Assembly (NCBI GenBank): GCA_963845565.1
Contig: CAWJSJ010000002.1
Span: 1,376,001 to 1,440,000 of the forward strand
From: an uncultured Methylomirabilota bacterium
Lineage (GTDB): Bacteria; Methylomirabilota; Methylomirabilia; Methylomirabilales; 2-02-FULL-66-22
Reading direction: 5' to 3'
DNA: 64,000 nucleotides
Under the pieces are notes generated by a model. It did not search any database, had not been told where the DNA came from, and saw nothing but the letters and a program-made list of their open reading frames with translations. Shown in pieces: positions 1 through 9,948 of the stretch. A program made the translations under genes and the position numbers. Numbering within the stretch: the stretch's first letter is position 1; the number at the start of each line of letters is the position of its first letter.

Positions 1-2
1 GG

Positions 3-106
3 AAAGCCGTTCTCAAAGAACGACTTGACCGGAGAGATTTTGGGGACGGCATAAGGAGCCGCAACGAAATCAAAAAATTGCCAAACTATTTCGTAACGGC
101 TCCTAG
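3..106 (-). repeat. Family-1 ~105 bp double-hairpin dispersed repeat (MITE/REP-like), copy A
   Basis: Reverse complement (CTAGGAGCCGTTACGAAAT...ATTTCGTTGCGGCTCCTTATGCCGT...GAGAACGGCTT) aligns end to end with 22107-22212 and 54727-54831. Confidence 0.85.
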
Positions 107-211
107 AAAGGCTATGCTCCTGCCGCGGATTCTCGCGTATAATGCCGCGGCTGGTGTGCGAGGGGCAGGCGGCGTGTTCTTCTGGAATCGCCAGAATGGA
201 GGAGAATCGGC

Positions 212-778
212 ATGGCGAAGATCTCGACAAGTGAAGCGCAGCAACAGTGCGTGCGGCTGGCGGCGAGCCTCATGGCGACCGCGGCGCGGACGGCCCCCAA
301 GACCCGGGGCCTCGATTCGGTCTCGACGTTGATTCTCGACGGGGAAGACCTGGAGGCGCTGGCGAAGGCCATGGAGGCGAAGGTCGGAGAAAAGGGGGGC
401 CGGATCCCCAGCTTCGCGCGGGACGCAAAGAACGTACGAGCGTCCATGGCGGTCTTGCTGGTGGGCGTTACGGGCGAGCCCAAGAACCCCAAGGTCCCGC
501 TCGACTGCGGGGCGTGTGGTTACGCGGGGTGCGCGGAGTTCATCGAAGCGAAGAAGTCGGAGGGGGAGGACTTCCGGGGGCCGCTGTGCATGTTCCAGAC
601 GATCGACCTCGGCATCGCCTTGGGGTCCGCCGCCAAGACGGCCGGGCTGCTCAACATCGACAACCGGATCATGTACACCATCGGGGCCGCGGCGAGAAAA
701 CTCAAGTTGCTCGATGCGGACGTGGTAATCGGCTTCCCGCTGTCGGTGACCGGCAAGAGCCCGTACTTCGATCGTTGA
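212..778 (+). CDS. DUF2148-like ferredoxin-domain protein
   Basis: 188 aa; AARTAPK N-terminal motif, DCGACGYAGC...C cysteine cluster, DLGIALGSAAK and IDNRIMYTIG motifs; GGAGGAG SD. Confidence 0.8.
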   Translation: MAKISTSEAQQQCVRLAASLMATAARTAPKTRGLDSVSTLILDGEDLEALAKAMEAKVGEKGGRIPSFARDAKNVRASMAVLLVGVTGEPKNPKVPLDCGACGYAGCAEFIEAKKSEGEDFRGPLCMFQTIDLGIALGSAAKTAGLLNIDNRIMYTIGAAARKLKLLDADVVIGFPLSVTGKSPYFDR

Positions 779-833
779 GCCGGCGTTGGGCGCTGCTGGC
801 CGCATCGAAACCAACGAAAGGATGAGGAACACT

Positions 834-2078
834 ATGACATTCCCCGCCTACGCTGAGATCAATCCGCGTCCGCGCCTGCTCATGGGCCCGGGGCCCGGGA
901 ATGCCGATCCTCGGGTGCTCCGTGCCATGTCGGCCCCGTTGTTGGGGCAGTTCGATCCCCAGTTCCGCGAATACATGCGCGAGACCATGGCGCTCTACCG
1001 TCAGGTCTTCGAGACGAAAAACGAGTGGACGTTGGTGGTGGACGGCACCGCGCGGTCAGCGATCGAGGCGGCGATGGTGAGCATCGTCGAGCCGGGCGAC
1101 CGGGTGCTAGTGGCCAATTTTGGGCGCTTCGGCCAGCTCCAAATCGAGATCGCCCGTCGCGTGGGGGCGGATCTATGTGTCCTCGACGCGCCCTGGGGGA
1201 CCGTGTTCACCCCGGAACAGATCGAGGCCGGGCTCAAGCAGCACCGGCCGAAGCTGCTGGCGATGTGCCAGGGCGAGACTTCGACCACCATGCTCCAGCC
1301 CCTCGCCGAACTCGGGCCGCTGTGCCGGCGATACGGCGTCCTCTTGCAGGTTGACGCCACCGCCTCGTTCGGCGGTGTGCCACTGCCAGCGGACGCTTGG
1401 GAAGTCGATTGCGTCACAGCGGGCCTTCAGAAATGCTTTGCCGGCCCTCCGGGCGCGGCCCCGCTCACGCTGTCGGATCGGGTGGCCGACCTGATCTTCC
1501 GGCGGCGACACATCGAAGAGGGGCTCCGCCCCGCCGACTACCGACCGCCCGAGACTCCCATCATCGGGTCGAACTATTTCGACCTGGCGATGATCATGGA
1601 CTACTGGAGCGAGAAGGGGGTCAATCACCACACCGAGGCCACCACGATGCTCTACGCGGCGCGGGAGAGCGCGCGGATCTTTCTTGCCGAAGGGGCGCCG
1701 CAGGTCTTCGCCCGCCATACCCTGGCGGGGCGCGCCATGGTGGCGGGCGTGGAGGCGCTCGGCCTCACGGTCTTCGGCGACCGGGCGCACAAGATCCCAC
1801 ACGTCACCGGGGTGTGCATTCCCGACGGCGTGGACGGAGAGCGAGTGCGCTCGGCCATGCTTCGCGACTTCGGGGTTGAGATCGGCAGCTCCTTCGGCCC
1901 GCTCAAGGGGAAGATCTGGCGAATCGGGACCATGGGGTACAACGCGCGGCAGGACGCCGTGCTCATCACGCTGGCGGCCCTGGAGGCGGCCCTGGCGACC
2001 GAGCGCGTCAGGCTTCCGCGCGGCGCCGGCGTGGACGCCGCCGTGGCCGTGTACCGGGAGGCGGAGCGGGGTCAGTAG
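834..2078 (+). CDS. Class V PLP aminotransferase, alanine-glyoxylate / PucG (ureidoglycine-glyoxylate) family
   Basis: LLMGPGP, GETST, VDATAS, TAGLQKC (PLP Lys), NHHTEAT, WRIGTMG motifs; start placed at ATG 834 after GAGGA. Confidence 0.85.
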   Translation: MTFPAYAEINPRPRLLMGPGPGNADPRVLRAMSAPLLGQFDPQFREYMRETMALYRQVFETKNEWTLVVDGTARSAIEAAMVSIVEPGDRVLVANFGRFGQLQIEIARRVGADLCVLDAPWGTVFTPEQIEAGLKQHRPKLLAMCQGETSTTMLQPLAELGPLCRRYGVLLQVDATASFGGVPLPADAWEVDCVTAGLQKCFAGPPGAAPLTLSDRVADLIFRRRHIEEGLRPADYRPPETPIIGSNYFDLAMIMDYWSEKGVNHHTEATTMLYAARESARIFLAEGAPQVFARHTLAGRAMVAGVEALGLTVFGDRAHKIPHVTGVCIPDGVDGERVRSAMLRDFGVEIGSSFGPLKGKIWRIGTMGYNARQDAVLITLAALEAALATERVRLPRGAGVDAAVAVYREAERGQ

Positions 2079-2129
2079 GGCAACAAGAGCGCGACTTCAG
2101 ACACGCCAGGGCCCGCGGGGTTTCTTCGA

Positions 2130-3125
2130 ATGTCTATGTATGATGCGCCCGTGGCAGCGCTCTCCTGGCTCGGCCGCCAAGGTACGCGAGCGGTCGCAGC
2201 ACTCGTTGCCATCGGTATTGCCCTTCCATCGATTGGCGCCATACTGAAGCCGTATGTCACCGAGGCAGTCTTCGTGCTCTTGTGTATCGCGTTCCTGCGC
2301 CTGGACGCGGCGGCGTTCAAGACCTGCCTTCGTCGCCCGGCCATCGTGCTTGCTGCAACCGCGTGGACGTCGGTGGCAATTCCAGTCTTGTTCGGAGCGA
2401 GCTGTCTCGCTTTTGGGCTCAATAAACAGGCACCCGACTTGTTCCTTGGGCTCATGCTGCAGGCAGTTGCCTCCCCGATGATGGCAGCTCCCGCCTTGGC
2501 AGCGTTAATGGGATTGGACGCCACGCTTGTGCTTGTGGCCCTGATCGCCAGCACAGCATTGGTTCCGCTTACGGCACCCCTGCTCGCGCTCGTCTTCGTC
2601 GGGCGGAGCCTCTCGATTCCACCACTGATACTCGCGATCAAGTTATTCGTCATCCTCGCGGGTGCCGCCCTGGTTGGCTTGATCGTGCGTCGGGCTCTTG
2701 GCCTCGCGGCCATTGCACGGCACAAGGAGAGAATCGACGGCCTCAATATCCTCGTCCTTTTCGTCTTCGTGGCAGCCGTTATGGAAAGTGTCGGTGCTCG
2801 TTTCCTTGCCACCCCACTGCTCACAACGGGTCTCGCGGCGCTTGCCTTTGTGGTGTTCTCGGCTGTTCTTTTGCTCACTACGCTCCTGTTTCTGTCCGCA
2901 GGCCGAGCTCGCGCCCTTGCGCTCGGATTCATGGCGTCACAGCGGAATATGGGGCTGATGCTCGCGGCGACCGGTGGGGCCTTGCCCGATCTCACTTGGC
3001 TGTATTTCGCTCTTTCCCAGTTCCCTATCTATCTGTCGCCGCAGCTCCTTCAGCCGCTGGCGCGACGGATTCTCGGGCGGGCGCCGCACGCAGGCGCACA
3101 GGTGTACGAGCCGAAGACGCAGTGA
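2130..3125 (+). CDS. Na+-dependent symporter (BASS/Acr3-like) membrane protein
   Basis: About 10 hydrophobic segments, ASP..AAP and QRNMGL motifs. Confidence 0.7.
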   Translation: MSMYDAPVAALSWLGRQGTRAVAALVAIGIALPSIGAILKPYVTEAVFVLLCIAFLRLDAAAFKTCLRRPAIVLAATAWTSVAIPVLFGASCLAFGLNKQAPDLFLGLMLQAVASPMMAAPALAALMGLDATLVLVALIASTALVPLTAPLLALVFVGRSLSIPPLILAIKLFVILAGAALVGLIVRRALGLAAIARHKERIDGLNILVLFVFVAAVMESVGARFLATPLLTTGLAALAFVVFSAVLLLTTLLFLSAGRARALALGFMASQRNMGLMLAATGGALPDLTWLYFALSQFPIYLSPQLLQPLARRILGRAPHAGAQVYEPKTQ

Positions 3126-3152
3126 GCACGCTCGACGTGTGAGACGCGCGCG

Positions 3153-4334
3153 CTACAGTTTCTTCCTGAACGGCGCAGCGTAGCCGGTCATCTCGACGTA
3201 GCCCTTGGCCTTCACGGGATGGCTGAAGACGGTGCCGTCGGCCCGGACGGCGCCCTCCCAATAGATCACGCCGGTGCTCTTTGCCGTGTCGAGCTCCTGA
3301 TCGGGGAAGACCGGCGTCACGGTCAGGTTCATCCCCAGGGACGGGACGGACAGGCGCCATTTGATCGGGTACACGCCTTTGTTCCGGGGGCTCGCCCAGC
3401 GGTCGAGCACCTCGATCGTGAAATCGGACTGACGAAGACGGACGGATCGGCCATCCCTGTGCACCCACGTGCCTGCCGAGTACGGATCGGGCCGTCCGTC
3501 GGCCTTTCGGATGATGTAGAGCATCAGGTCCGTCCCGTCCTCGAACTGTAGGCTGAACCAGTCCCATCCGACCTGATCGGGATTGAGCTGGGTGGAGCCG
3601 AACTCGTGGTCCATCCAGCCGAGCCCGGTTACCGGCAACGCGGTCCCACGAACGGTCAGGGTGCCCTCGGCAGCCAGCCGCGTCAGCGAATAGTAGTGTG
3701 AGGCGTGGCCACGGCCCTCACCCTTCCGGCTGATTCCGTTCTCGCCGTGGATCACCGGCGGCTTCTCTGCGGCAAGCGTGAGATCCAGAGCGAAGTCCCC
3801 CTCCTTCGCCGCGAGTCGCTGTTTCGTTCCGTCACCCTTCGTCTCCCAGTCGCCGACCCAGACGCGGAACTCCGTCTCGCTGGCGCCCGATGCACCCAGA
3901 CCGGCTCGGTTCACCCGCTCGAAGTACCGGAATTCCTGTCGTCTCACGTCGGACACGGCGAAATGGGCGAGGTAGAGGTTCTTCGCGGCCCAGCGGGACG
4001 GATTCGTCTGCGCCGCCGCCAGGCCACTCCGGAAGAATGTCACCTGGTATCCGTATTCCTCGCCGCTCTTGGCACGGAGGTGCCCCGTGTAGTACCACCA
4101 CTCGGTCCGGAAGCCCTCGTGCGCGAAGTGGTCGCGAGGGAACGAAAAGGTATACCCAGGCAGCGCCTGCCGAAACTCCCCCGCCGCGAGGAGCGGGGGG
4201 GAAACCAACCGCCAAGTTGCCAAGGACGCCAGGAACGCTATTGCCAGAAGACGCGAGACGGTGTGCGCTTTCCAAGATTTCCTTGGCGGTCCTTGCGTCT
4301 TTGCGGTTGACCTCTCAAGCTGTTGAAGCACCAC
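3153..4334 (-). CDS. AttH/CrtC-type lipocalin-like secreted protein
   Basis: FPRDHFAH..FRTEWWYYTG, WMDHEF, GWDWFSLQ, YWEG, GYVEMTGY motifs; GTG start inferred after GGGGGAA. Confidence 0.85.
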   Translation of the reverse strand: MVLQQLERSTAKTQGPPRKSWKAHTVSRLLAIAFLASLATWRLVSPPLLAAGEFRQALPGYTFSFPRDHFAHEGFRTEWWYYTGHLRAKSGEEYGYQVTFFRSGLAAAQTNPSRWAAKNLYLAHFAVSDVRRQEFRYFERVNRAGLGASGASETEFRVWVGDWETKGDGTKQRLAAKEGDFALDLTLAAEKPPVIHGENGISRKGEGRGHASHYYSLTRLAAEGTLTVRGTALPVTGLGWMDHEFGSTQLNPDQVGWDWFSLQFEDGTDLMLYIIRKADGRPDPYSAGTWVHRDGRSVRLRQSDFTIEVLDRWASPRNKGVYPIKWRLSVPSLGMNLTVTPVFPDQELDTAKSTGVIYWEGAVRADGTVFSHPVKAKGYVEMTGYAAPFRKKL

Positions 4335-4345
4335 TATTCCCCCCA

Positions 4346-4467
4346 GGTTGCTCAAAAAGGCCCAGATGCAAGGCGGCGCGCGATGCGCGGCGCGAGACGT
4401 ACTGCGCCCGTACGTCGCAGCGCCGCGCGAGCGTGCCAACGCCGCAGATGGGCCTTTTTCAGCAACC
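4346..4467. repeat. Family-2 palindromic dispersed repeat (MITE-like), copy 1
   Basis: Terminal IR GGTTGCTCAAAAAGGCCCA / TGGGCCTTTTTCAGCAACC; internal CCAGATGCAAGGCG and GACGTAC-N7-GTACGTC hairpin; next to stop codon at 4470. Confidence 0.85.
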
Positions 4468-4469
4468 GG

Positions 4470-7031
4470 CTATTCATACCGCACCGCCTCGGCGATCGGC
4501 AGGCGCGAGGCGCGCCAGGCCGGAAAGGCGCCGGCGATCAAGCTGGCGCCCAGCGTGAGCAGGGTGTATTGCAAGATGAGCATCCCTGGGAAGCCGAACT
4601 GGATGGTCCAGCCGAAGGATTGTTTGTTGATCACGTGGATCAGGATGAGGGAGAGCGCCAATCCGGCCAGCGTCCCGAGGAGGTTCGCCAGTACCCCGAG
4701 CAGTCCCGCCTCCCACAGGATGGAACGCAGGAGGCGTCCTCGGGTGAAGCCCAGGGAGCGCAGGATGCCGATCTCCCGGGTGCGCTCCAGCACGGACGCC
4801 AGGAGGGTGTTGAGGACGCCGAGGACGGCCACGATCAGCGCGATGGCTTCCAGACCGTAGGTGATCGCGAAGGTCTGGTCGAAGATCTCCAGGACGCGCG
4901 CCTTGAGCGCGCCATTGGAGAGGATGAGGAGGTCGTTCCGGTCGGCGAATCGTTGCTGGAGCGCCAGCCGGACGGCCTGGGGGTCGGCTCCGGGAGTCAG
5001 GTAGATCACCACGGAATTGACCCACGGATCTTGCCAGAGCCGCCGGAAGAGGGCGCGGTCCATCACGGCCAGGCCGCCCTCTGTGGTGTAGTCGTAGTAG
5101 ACGCCGGCGATCCGCAGGCGCACCATCCCGCCCGGCGGCCGCAACACGACTTCGTCTCCTTCCTTGAGGCGATAGCGCTCGGCGAAGGTCTCCGAGACGA
5201 CGATCTGGTCGCGCGCTCGGGCGTCCGACAGCACGGCGGCGGACTCGCCGCGTCGAAAGGGCAAGCGACCCCGCCGTGCCATGATCTCGAAATCCCCTGC
5301 CCCCAGGACGAAGGTGCCCCCTTGTCCGTCCTCCACCCGCATGCCGCGGAACCCATCCGCCTCGGCGACGCCAGGGACCTGGCGAACCTGGTCCAGGAGT
5401 GCCGCCGGGAGCCTGGAATCGGCCCCCCGGATGACGCGGCTCGCCTGCGAGAGGTAGAGATCGGCCTGGATCGTCTGCTGGATCCAGACTTCCACGGTCC
5501 GGCGAAAGCTGTGGATCATCGTCGAAACGCTGACCAGCATGGCCAGGCCGACCAAGATGGCGCTGATCGTCACCGCGTTCCGCCGCAGCATGCGCCCGAG
5601 GTTCCCCAGCGCCACCCGCGCCTCGACCAGTCCCGAGCCGGAAAAGACGCGCGCCAGGGGTCGCTGGACGACCAGGAGCGTCGCCGGAGACAGAAGTGCT
5701 GCTCCGAGGAGCAGGGCCAGGGAGGCACCATACCCGAAGAGCGGCCGGCCGCCGACCGGTCCGAGTTGCCCCAGCCCGTACGCGCAGACCAACAGCATTC
5801 CGCCGAGCGCGGCCAGGGCCCACGGTCGGTGCCGCCGATCCACGGACGCCGCCCCGAGATTCTCCCAGGGCGGGATGGCCGTGGCCTCCCGAGCCGGCAG
5901 GAGCGAGGAGACGAGGGCCGTTCCGCATCCTAGCAGAATCGCCAACGCGATCAGGCCCGGAGCCACCTCGAGATCGCCGGGGCGAACGAAGACGTAGAGG
6001 GAAGAGACGGTTCGGCTGACCATACCAAGAACGACGCGGGCGAGTGCCACACCCATCAGAACACCCAGGCACGACCCGGCGAGTCCGATCAGCAATCCTT
6101 CGCTGCAGATCAGGACCAGGATACCCCGGCGACCCACCCCCAGGCTGCGCAGGATCCCGATCTGGTGTCGCTGCCGCACGACGGAAACCGACATCGTGTT
6201 GTACACCAGGAAGGCGCCGACGAAGAGGGCGATCAGGCTCAGGACGAAGAGGTTGAGCTGGAATGAGCCGAGCATTTGCTCCACCTGGGCGTTCCGGGCC
6301 TCCGGCGGCGCCACGTTCACGTGGGACGGGAGCGCCATGCGCAGCCCCGCGGCCACCCGCATCGGATCCGCCACGGCGTCCAGCACGAGGTCCACGCGAT
6401 CCAGGCGGCCCAGTTTTCCAAGATGGAGCTGCGCCGCTGCAATATCCAGAACCGCAACCTGGCCATCCATGGCGCGGGCCGTCCCCGCGTCAGCAAGGAG
6501 GCCACGCACGATGAACGACTTGAGGCCTGTCGGCGTGACGAGACGAATCGGATCTCCCGACTTCAGGCCGTGGGCCCGGGCGTACTGTTCGGTCAACAGG
6601 ATCGCGTCGGGATCGGTGAGGAGACGGAGCGGATCAGCCAGTTCCGGCGTGGGGCCGCGGTATTCGCGGACGCTCCCGTCACTCAGAATGTCCACGCCCA
6701 GGACGAGGAGCACCTCGCCCGGTCGGCCGGCGATCGCCGTTACGGCCTGGACGACTGGCACGGCGTGGGCGACGCCGGGCGTCCCGGCGATCCGGGGAAG
6801 GAGTGTTTCGTCCAATCCGGACTCGCCCGCCGTGACCTGCAGGCGGCTCTTGCCCACCACATGATCGAGGCTATGTCTGAACGAGTCCAGCACGCTGTCG
6901 TTGGCCAGCCGAATGGCCAGTGCCACCGCCACGCCCAGCGAGACCCCCAGAACCGTGATGAGCGTTCGCAGCCGGTCGCGGCTGAGCGTCCGCCAGATCA
7001 GGAGGTGAATGAGTTGCACAAAGGCGCGCAT
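4470..7031 (-). CDS. ABC transporter permease, double FtsX/MacB-type (AttFG-like)
   Basis: 853 aa; two MacB periplasmic + FtsX repeats (QRHQIGILRSLG, ERTREIGILRSLG), INKQSFGW motif. Confidence 0.9.
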   Translation of the reverse strand: MRAFVQLIHLLIWRTLSRDRLRTLITVLGVSLGVAVALAIRLANDSVLDSFRHSLDHVVGKSRLQVTAGESGLDETLLPRIAGTPGVAHAVPVVQAVTAIAGRPGEVLLVLGVDILSDGSVREYRGPTPELADPLRLLTDPDAILLTEQYARAHGLKSGDPIRLVTPTGLKSFIVRGLLADAGTARAMDGQVAVLDIAAAQLHLGKLGRLDRVDLVLDAVADPMRVAAGLRMALPSHVNVAPPEARNAQVEQMLGSFQLNLFVLSLIALFVGAFLVYNTMSVSVVRQRHQIGILRSLGVGRRGILVLICSEGLLIGLAGSCLGVLMGVALARVVLGMVSRTVSSLYVFVRPGDLEVAPGLIALAILLGCGTALVSSLLPAREATAIPPWENLGAASVDRRHRPWALAALGGMLLVCAYGLGQLGPVGGRPLFGYGASLALLLGAALLSPATLLVVQRPLARVFSGSGLVEARVALGNLGRMLRRNAVTISAILVGLAMLVSVSTMIHSFRRTVEVWIQQTIQADLYLSQASRVIRGADSRLPAALLDQVRQVPGVAEADGFRGMRVEDGQGGTFVLGAGDFEIMARRGRLPFRRGESAAVLSDARARDQIVVSETFAERYRLKEGDEVVLRPPGGMVRLRIAGVYYDYTTEGGLAVMDRALFRRLWQDPWVNSVVIYLTPGADPQAVRLALQQRFADRNDLLILSNGALKARVLEIFDQTFAITYGLEAIALIVAVLGVLNTLLASVLERTREIGILRSLGFTRGRLLRSILWEAGLLGVLANLLGTLAGLALSLILIHVINKQSFGWTIQFGFPGMLILQYTLLTLGASLIAGAFPAWRASRLPIAEAVRYE

Positions 7032-7054
7032 GGGTGGCGACTATGAGAAGACAA

Positions 7055-7130
7055 GGTTCGACGGTTCGACGGTTCGAGAGTTCGGCGGTACCGGAACTGC
7101 CGAACCGTCGAACTGCCGTACTTCCAAACC
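7055..7130. repeat. 8-bp periodic tandem repeat forming an imperfect palindrome
   Basis: GGTTCGAC x2, GGTTCGAG, AGTTCGGC, central GGTACCGG, then complementary units AACTGCCG/AACCGTCG/AACTGCCG. Confidence 0.8.
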
Positions 7131-7150
7131 TTTCTGCGTCGTCGAGAGAA

Positions 7151-7858
7151 TCAATGCCGTGCCATATCGCGTTGTGTCGACGACGATGGCTCATCCCGCA
7201 GGACGTTTCCGTCCCGCAGGCGAATCACCCGGTGGGCATACGCGGCAGCCTCTTGGCTGTGGGTGGCCAGGAGAATCGTCACGCCCCGCTCGACGTTGAG
7301 ACGGGCAAGGAGATCCAAGACCTCCAGGCCCGCCTTCGAGTCCAGGTTTCCCGTAGGCTCGTCCGCCAGCAGGATCGAGGGCCCGTTGACCAGCGCCCGC
7401 GCGATCGCCACCCGTTGCATCTCGCCGCCGGACAGCTCGTGCGGCCAGTGGTCCCTGCGGTGGAGCATGCCCACCCGCTTCAGCCAGTCGTCGGCCCGCT
7501 CCTGCGCTACCCGCGCGCGAACGCCGGTCAGGAGCGCCGGCAGCGCCACGTTCTCTCCGGCCGAGAGCGTCGGCAAGAGGTTGTAGAACTGATAGACGAT
7601 GCCGACCTGATCCCGGCGGAGTCGGCTCAGCGCGGCGTCAGAAAGCCGCGATAGCTCTTGGCCGTTTACCCAGACTTCACCTGTCGTCGGCAAGTCCACG
7701 CCGGCTACGAGGTGCAGGAGCGTGCTCTTCCCGCACCCGCTGGCCCCCATCAGGGCGGCGAATGTCTCGGGTACGATTTCCAGGCTCACGTCGGCGAGCG
7801 CCGCGACGCGGATGCGGGAACGGTGGTAGGTCTTCGAGACATTGACGAGACGGATCAT
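7151..7858 (-). CDS. ABC transporter ATP-binding protein (LolD/AttE-like)
   Basis: Walker A GASGCGKST, LSGGEMQR, ILLADEPTGNLD; real start MIRLVNVSK at 7858 inside the longer ORF. Confidence 0.92.
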   Translation of the reverse strand: MIRLVNVSKTYHRSRIRVAALADVSLEIVPETFAALMGASGCGKSTLLHLVAGVDLPTTGEVWVNGQELSRLSDAALSRLRRDQVGIVYQFYNLLPTLSAGENVALPALLTGVRARVAQERADDWLKRVGMLHRRDHWPHELSGGEMQRVAIARALVNGPSILLADEPTGNLDSKAGLEVLDLLARLNVERGVTILLATHSQEAAAYAHRVIRLRDGNVLRDEPSSSTQRDMARH

Positions 7859-7959
7859 TGTCGGATATCCCTGCCGGCGATGTTGACCGGGTGGGCGCAG
7901 AGCGTCAACAAAAAAGGGGGACCTCCGACCCGCGTTCGAGCTTCGAGGCAGATTCCGTC

Positions 7960-7989
7960 TTGACAGGACTTGCCTAAGCGCGGCATGCT
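7960..7989 (+). promoter_or_regulatory. Putative sigma70 promoter for the aldo/keto reductase
   Basis: TTGACA-N18-CATGCT. Confidence 0.4.
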
Positions 7990-8128
7990 CCGGCGGATCC
8001 GGGACGGCCGTTTTCGAGTGCGCACTGGGGAATGCGGCCGGACCGGGGTATCGCCGCAGGGGGCGCTCGCGCCAGGGTGGGGGCGGAAGCCGAAACCGCG
8101 GGAATGCGCAGCATACGGGGTGTGACGG

Positions 8129-9187
8129 ATGAGATCGGTCAGATTGGGCAAGACTGAGCTGTTGGTTTCCCGAGTTGGATTCGGGGGGATTCCCATCCAG
8201 CGGCTGACGGAAGCGGACGCGGTCAGCGTGGTGCAGCGGTGCCTCGACCTGGGTGTCACGCTCCTCGATACCGCCAACGGTTACACGACCAGCGAGGAGC
8301 GGATCGGCAAAGCCATCGTCGGCCGGCGGCACCAGGTAGTCATTGCCACCAAGACGGCTGCGCGAGACAGGTCCACCGCCCTCCAACACTTGGAGCTCAG
8401 CCTGAAGCGCCTGAACACCGATTACCTCGATCTCTGGCAGCTCCACAACGTCAGCACACCCGAGGCCTACGACCAGGTGCTCGGACCCGGCGGCGCCATG
8501 GAGGCGGCGCAGGAGGCCGTGCGGGCGGGGAAGATCCGACACATCGGCATCAGTAGCCATTCGCTGGACATGGCGCTGAAAGCCGTTCCCTCCGGTCGCT
8601 TCGAGACGATACAGTTCCCGTTCAACTTCGTCACCGATGAAGCCGCCAAGGAGTTGCTTCCGTTGACCCGGCGACACGATGTCGGGTTCATCGCCATGAA
8701 GCCGATGGCCGGCGGCATGCTGACCGACGCCCGCCTCACCATCAAACACCTGCTGCAGTTCGACAACGTCATCCCGGATCCCGGCATCCAGACGATCGAG
8801 GAGATCGAGGAGATCGCGGCGATCGTCAACGGACACTGGGAGTTGACCCCCCAGGAATGGCAGGAGATCGAGCGGATCCGGGGAGAGATGGAGACGCGTT
8901 TCTGTCGCCGCTGCGAATACTGCCAGCCCTGCCCCCAGAAGGTTCGCATCTCCACGGCGGTGAATGTCCAGAGCTTCTGGCGCCGGTTCCCTCCGGAGCG
9001 GTTCTTCGACGGGTTCGTGGCGGATGCCATCGAGAGTGTCCGGCGTGCGGCGACTGCGGCGAATGTGAGGACCGGTGCCCCTACCATCTACCGATCCGGG
9101 AAATGCTGGCCGAGAATTCGCCTTTTACGATCGGGTCGCCGCAGCGCGCGAGGCGAAGGGACGCTGAGGCTTTCCGCGCGTCGCTAA
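8129..9187 (+). CDS. Aldo/keto reductase with C-terminal 4Fe-4S dicluster (frameshift near 9042; end approximate)
   Basis: GFGGIPIQR, LDTANGY, DYLDLWQLH, IAMKPMAGG; CRRCEYCQPCP, with the second motif CGDCGECEDRCP in another frame. Confidence 0.85.
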   Translation: MRSVRLGKTELLVSRVGFGGIPIQRLTEADAVSVVQRCLDLGVTLLDTANGYTTSEERIGKAIVGRRHQVVIATKTAARDRSTALQHLELSLKRLNTDYLDLWQLHNVSTPEAYDQVLGPGGAMEAAQEAVRAGKIRHIGISSHSLDMALKAVPSGRFETIQFPFNFVTDEAAKELLPLTRRHDVGFIAMKPMAGGMLTDARLTIKHLLQFDNVIPDPGIQTIEEIEEIAAIVNGHWELTPQEWQEIERIRGEMETRFCRRCEYCQPCPQKVRISTAVNVQSFWRRFPPERFFDGFVADAIESVRRAATAANVRTGAPTIYRSGKCWPRIRLLRSGRRSARGEGTLRLSARR

Positions 9188-9278
9188 AGGCTATCCGTAG
9201 CCAACTCCTGCCTCACGGGTTTTTCAAGCGAAGGCCCCCATCGAATAGGTGCTGTCAGCCAGAGACAGCATCCGAGGG

Positions 9279-9317
9279 TTGACATTAGGCGGCAAGAAGT
9301 GGTAAGCAAGTGCTTAC
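9279..9317 (+). promoter_or_regulatory. tetR promoter with palindromic operator
   Basis: TTGACA at 9279; palindrome GTAAGCA-AG-TGCTTAC at 9302-9317 overlapping the -10 region. Confidence 0.6.
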
Positions 9318-9345
9318 TTACAATGAATCGAGAGCGAGGGACACC

Positions 9346-9948
9346 ATGCAGCAACGGGTTCCGAGGGAAGAGCGACGGCGACGGATCATCGAGTCGGCCG
9401 CCACGCTCTTTTCTCGGCGTGGATTTCGGGGGACCACCACGCGGGAAGTTGCGCAGGCGGTCGGGGTGAGCGAGGCGACCGTTTTCAAGCACTTCGCCAC
9501 CAAGGAGGATCTGTACACCGCCATCATCGAGGCCAAGGCACAGACACGGCAAGTGCTCGACGTGGTTTCCCCGCTCGCCGAGGCCCGGGACGACGCCGCG
9601 CTGCTCCGTGCGCTTGCCCGGGAGATGATCCTTCGTACGCAGGCCGATCCCACACTCATGCGGTTGCTGTTCTTCAGCGCGCTCGAGGGGCATGCGTTGG
9701 CGGATCTCTTCTTCCAGCGGCGCGTGCAGGCGCTCGACGACTTTCTCGGAAGATATATCGCCGACCGCGTCGCCGCCGGTGCGTTCCGCGCCGTCGACCC
9801 GATCTTGGCGGCGTGGAACTTCATCGGGATGGTCATCCAGTACCTGTTGCTGCAGGAGCTCTTTCACCAAAAGGCCCCACCCCATGTGACCGTGGAGCAG
9901 GCGATCGAGGAGATGGTCACCACGTTTCTCCAGGGAGTCCGACCGTGA
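9346..9948 (+). CDS. TetR/AcrR family transcriptional regulator
   Basis: HTH GFRGTTTREVAQAVGVSEATVFKHFATKEDL. Confidence 0.92.
   Translation: MQQRVPREERRRRIIESAATLFSRRGFRGTTTREVAQAVGVSEATVFKHFATKEDLYTAIIEAKAQTRQVLDVVSPLAEARDDAALLRALAREMILRTQADPTLMRLLFFSALEGHALADLFFQRRVQALDDFLGRYIADRVAAGAFRAVDPILAAWNFIGMVIQYLLLQELFHQKAPPHVTVEQAIEEMVTTFLQGVRP

Noticed and set aside
4335..4439. N-terminal extension of the AttH ORF, and similar extensions of ORFs 7151-8836, 42913-44997 and 54829-56457
   Set aside because: They run through repeats or neighbouring genes; downstream starts with better homology boundaries or SD sequences fit better
7055..7130. CRISPR array (also 50630, 51563, 58114-58150)
   Set aside because: Units are only 7-14 bp, with no unique spacers and no cas genes
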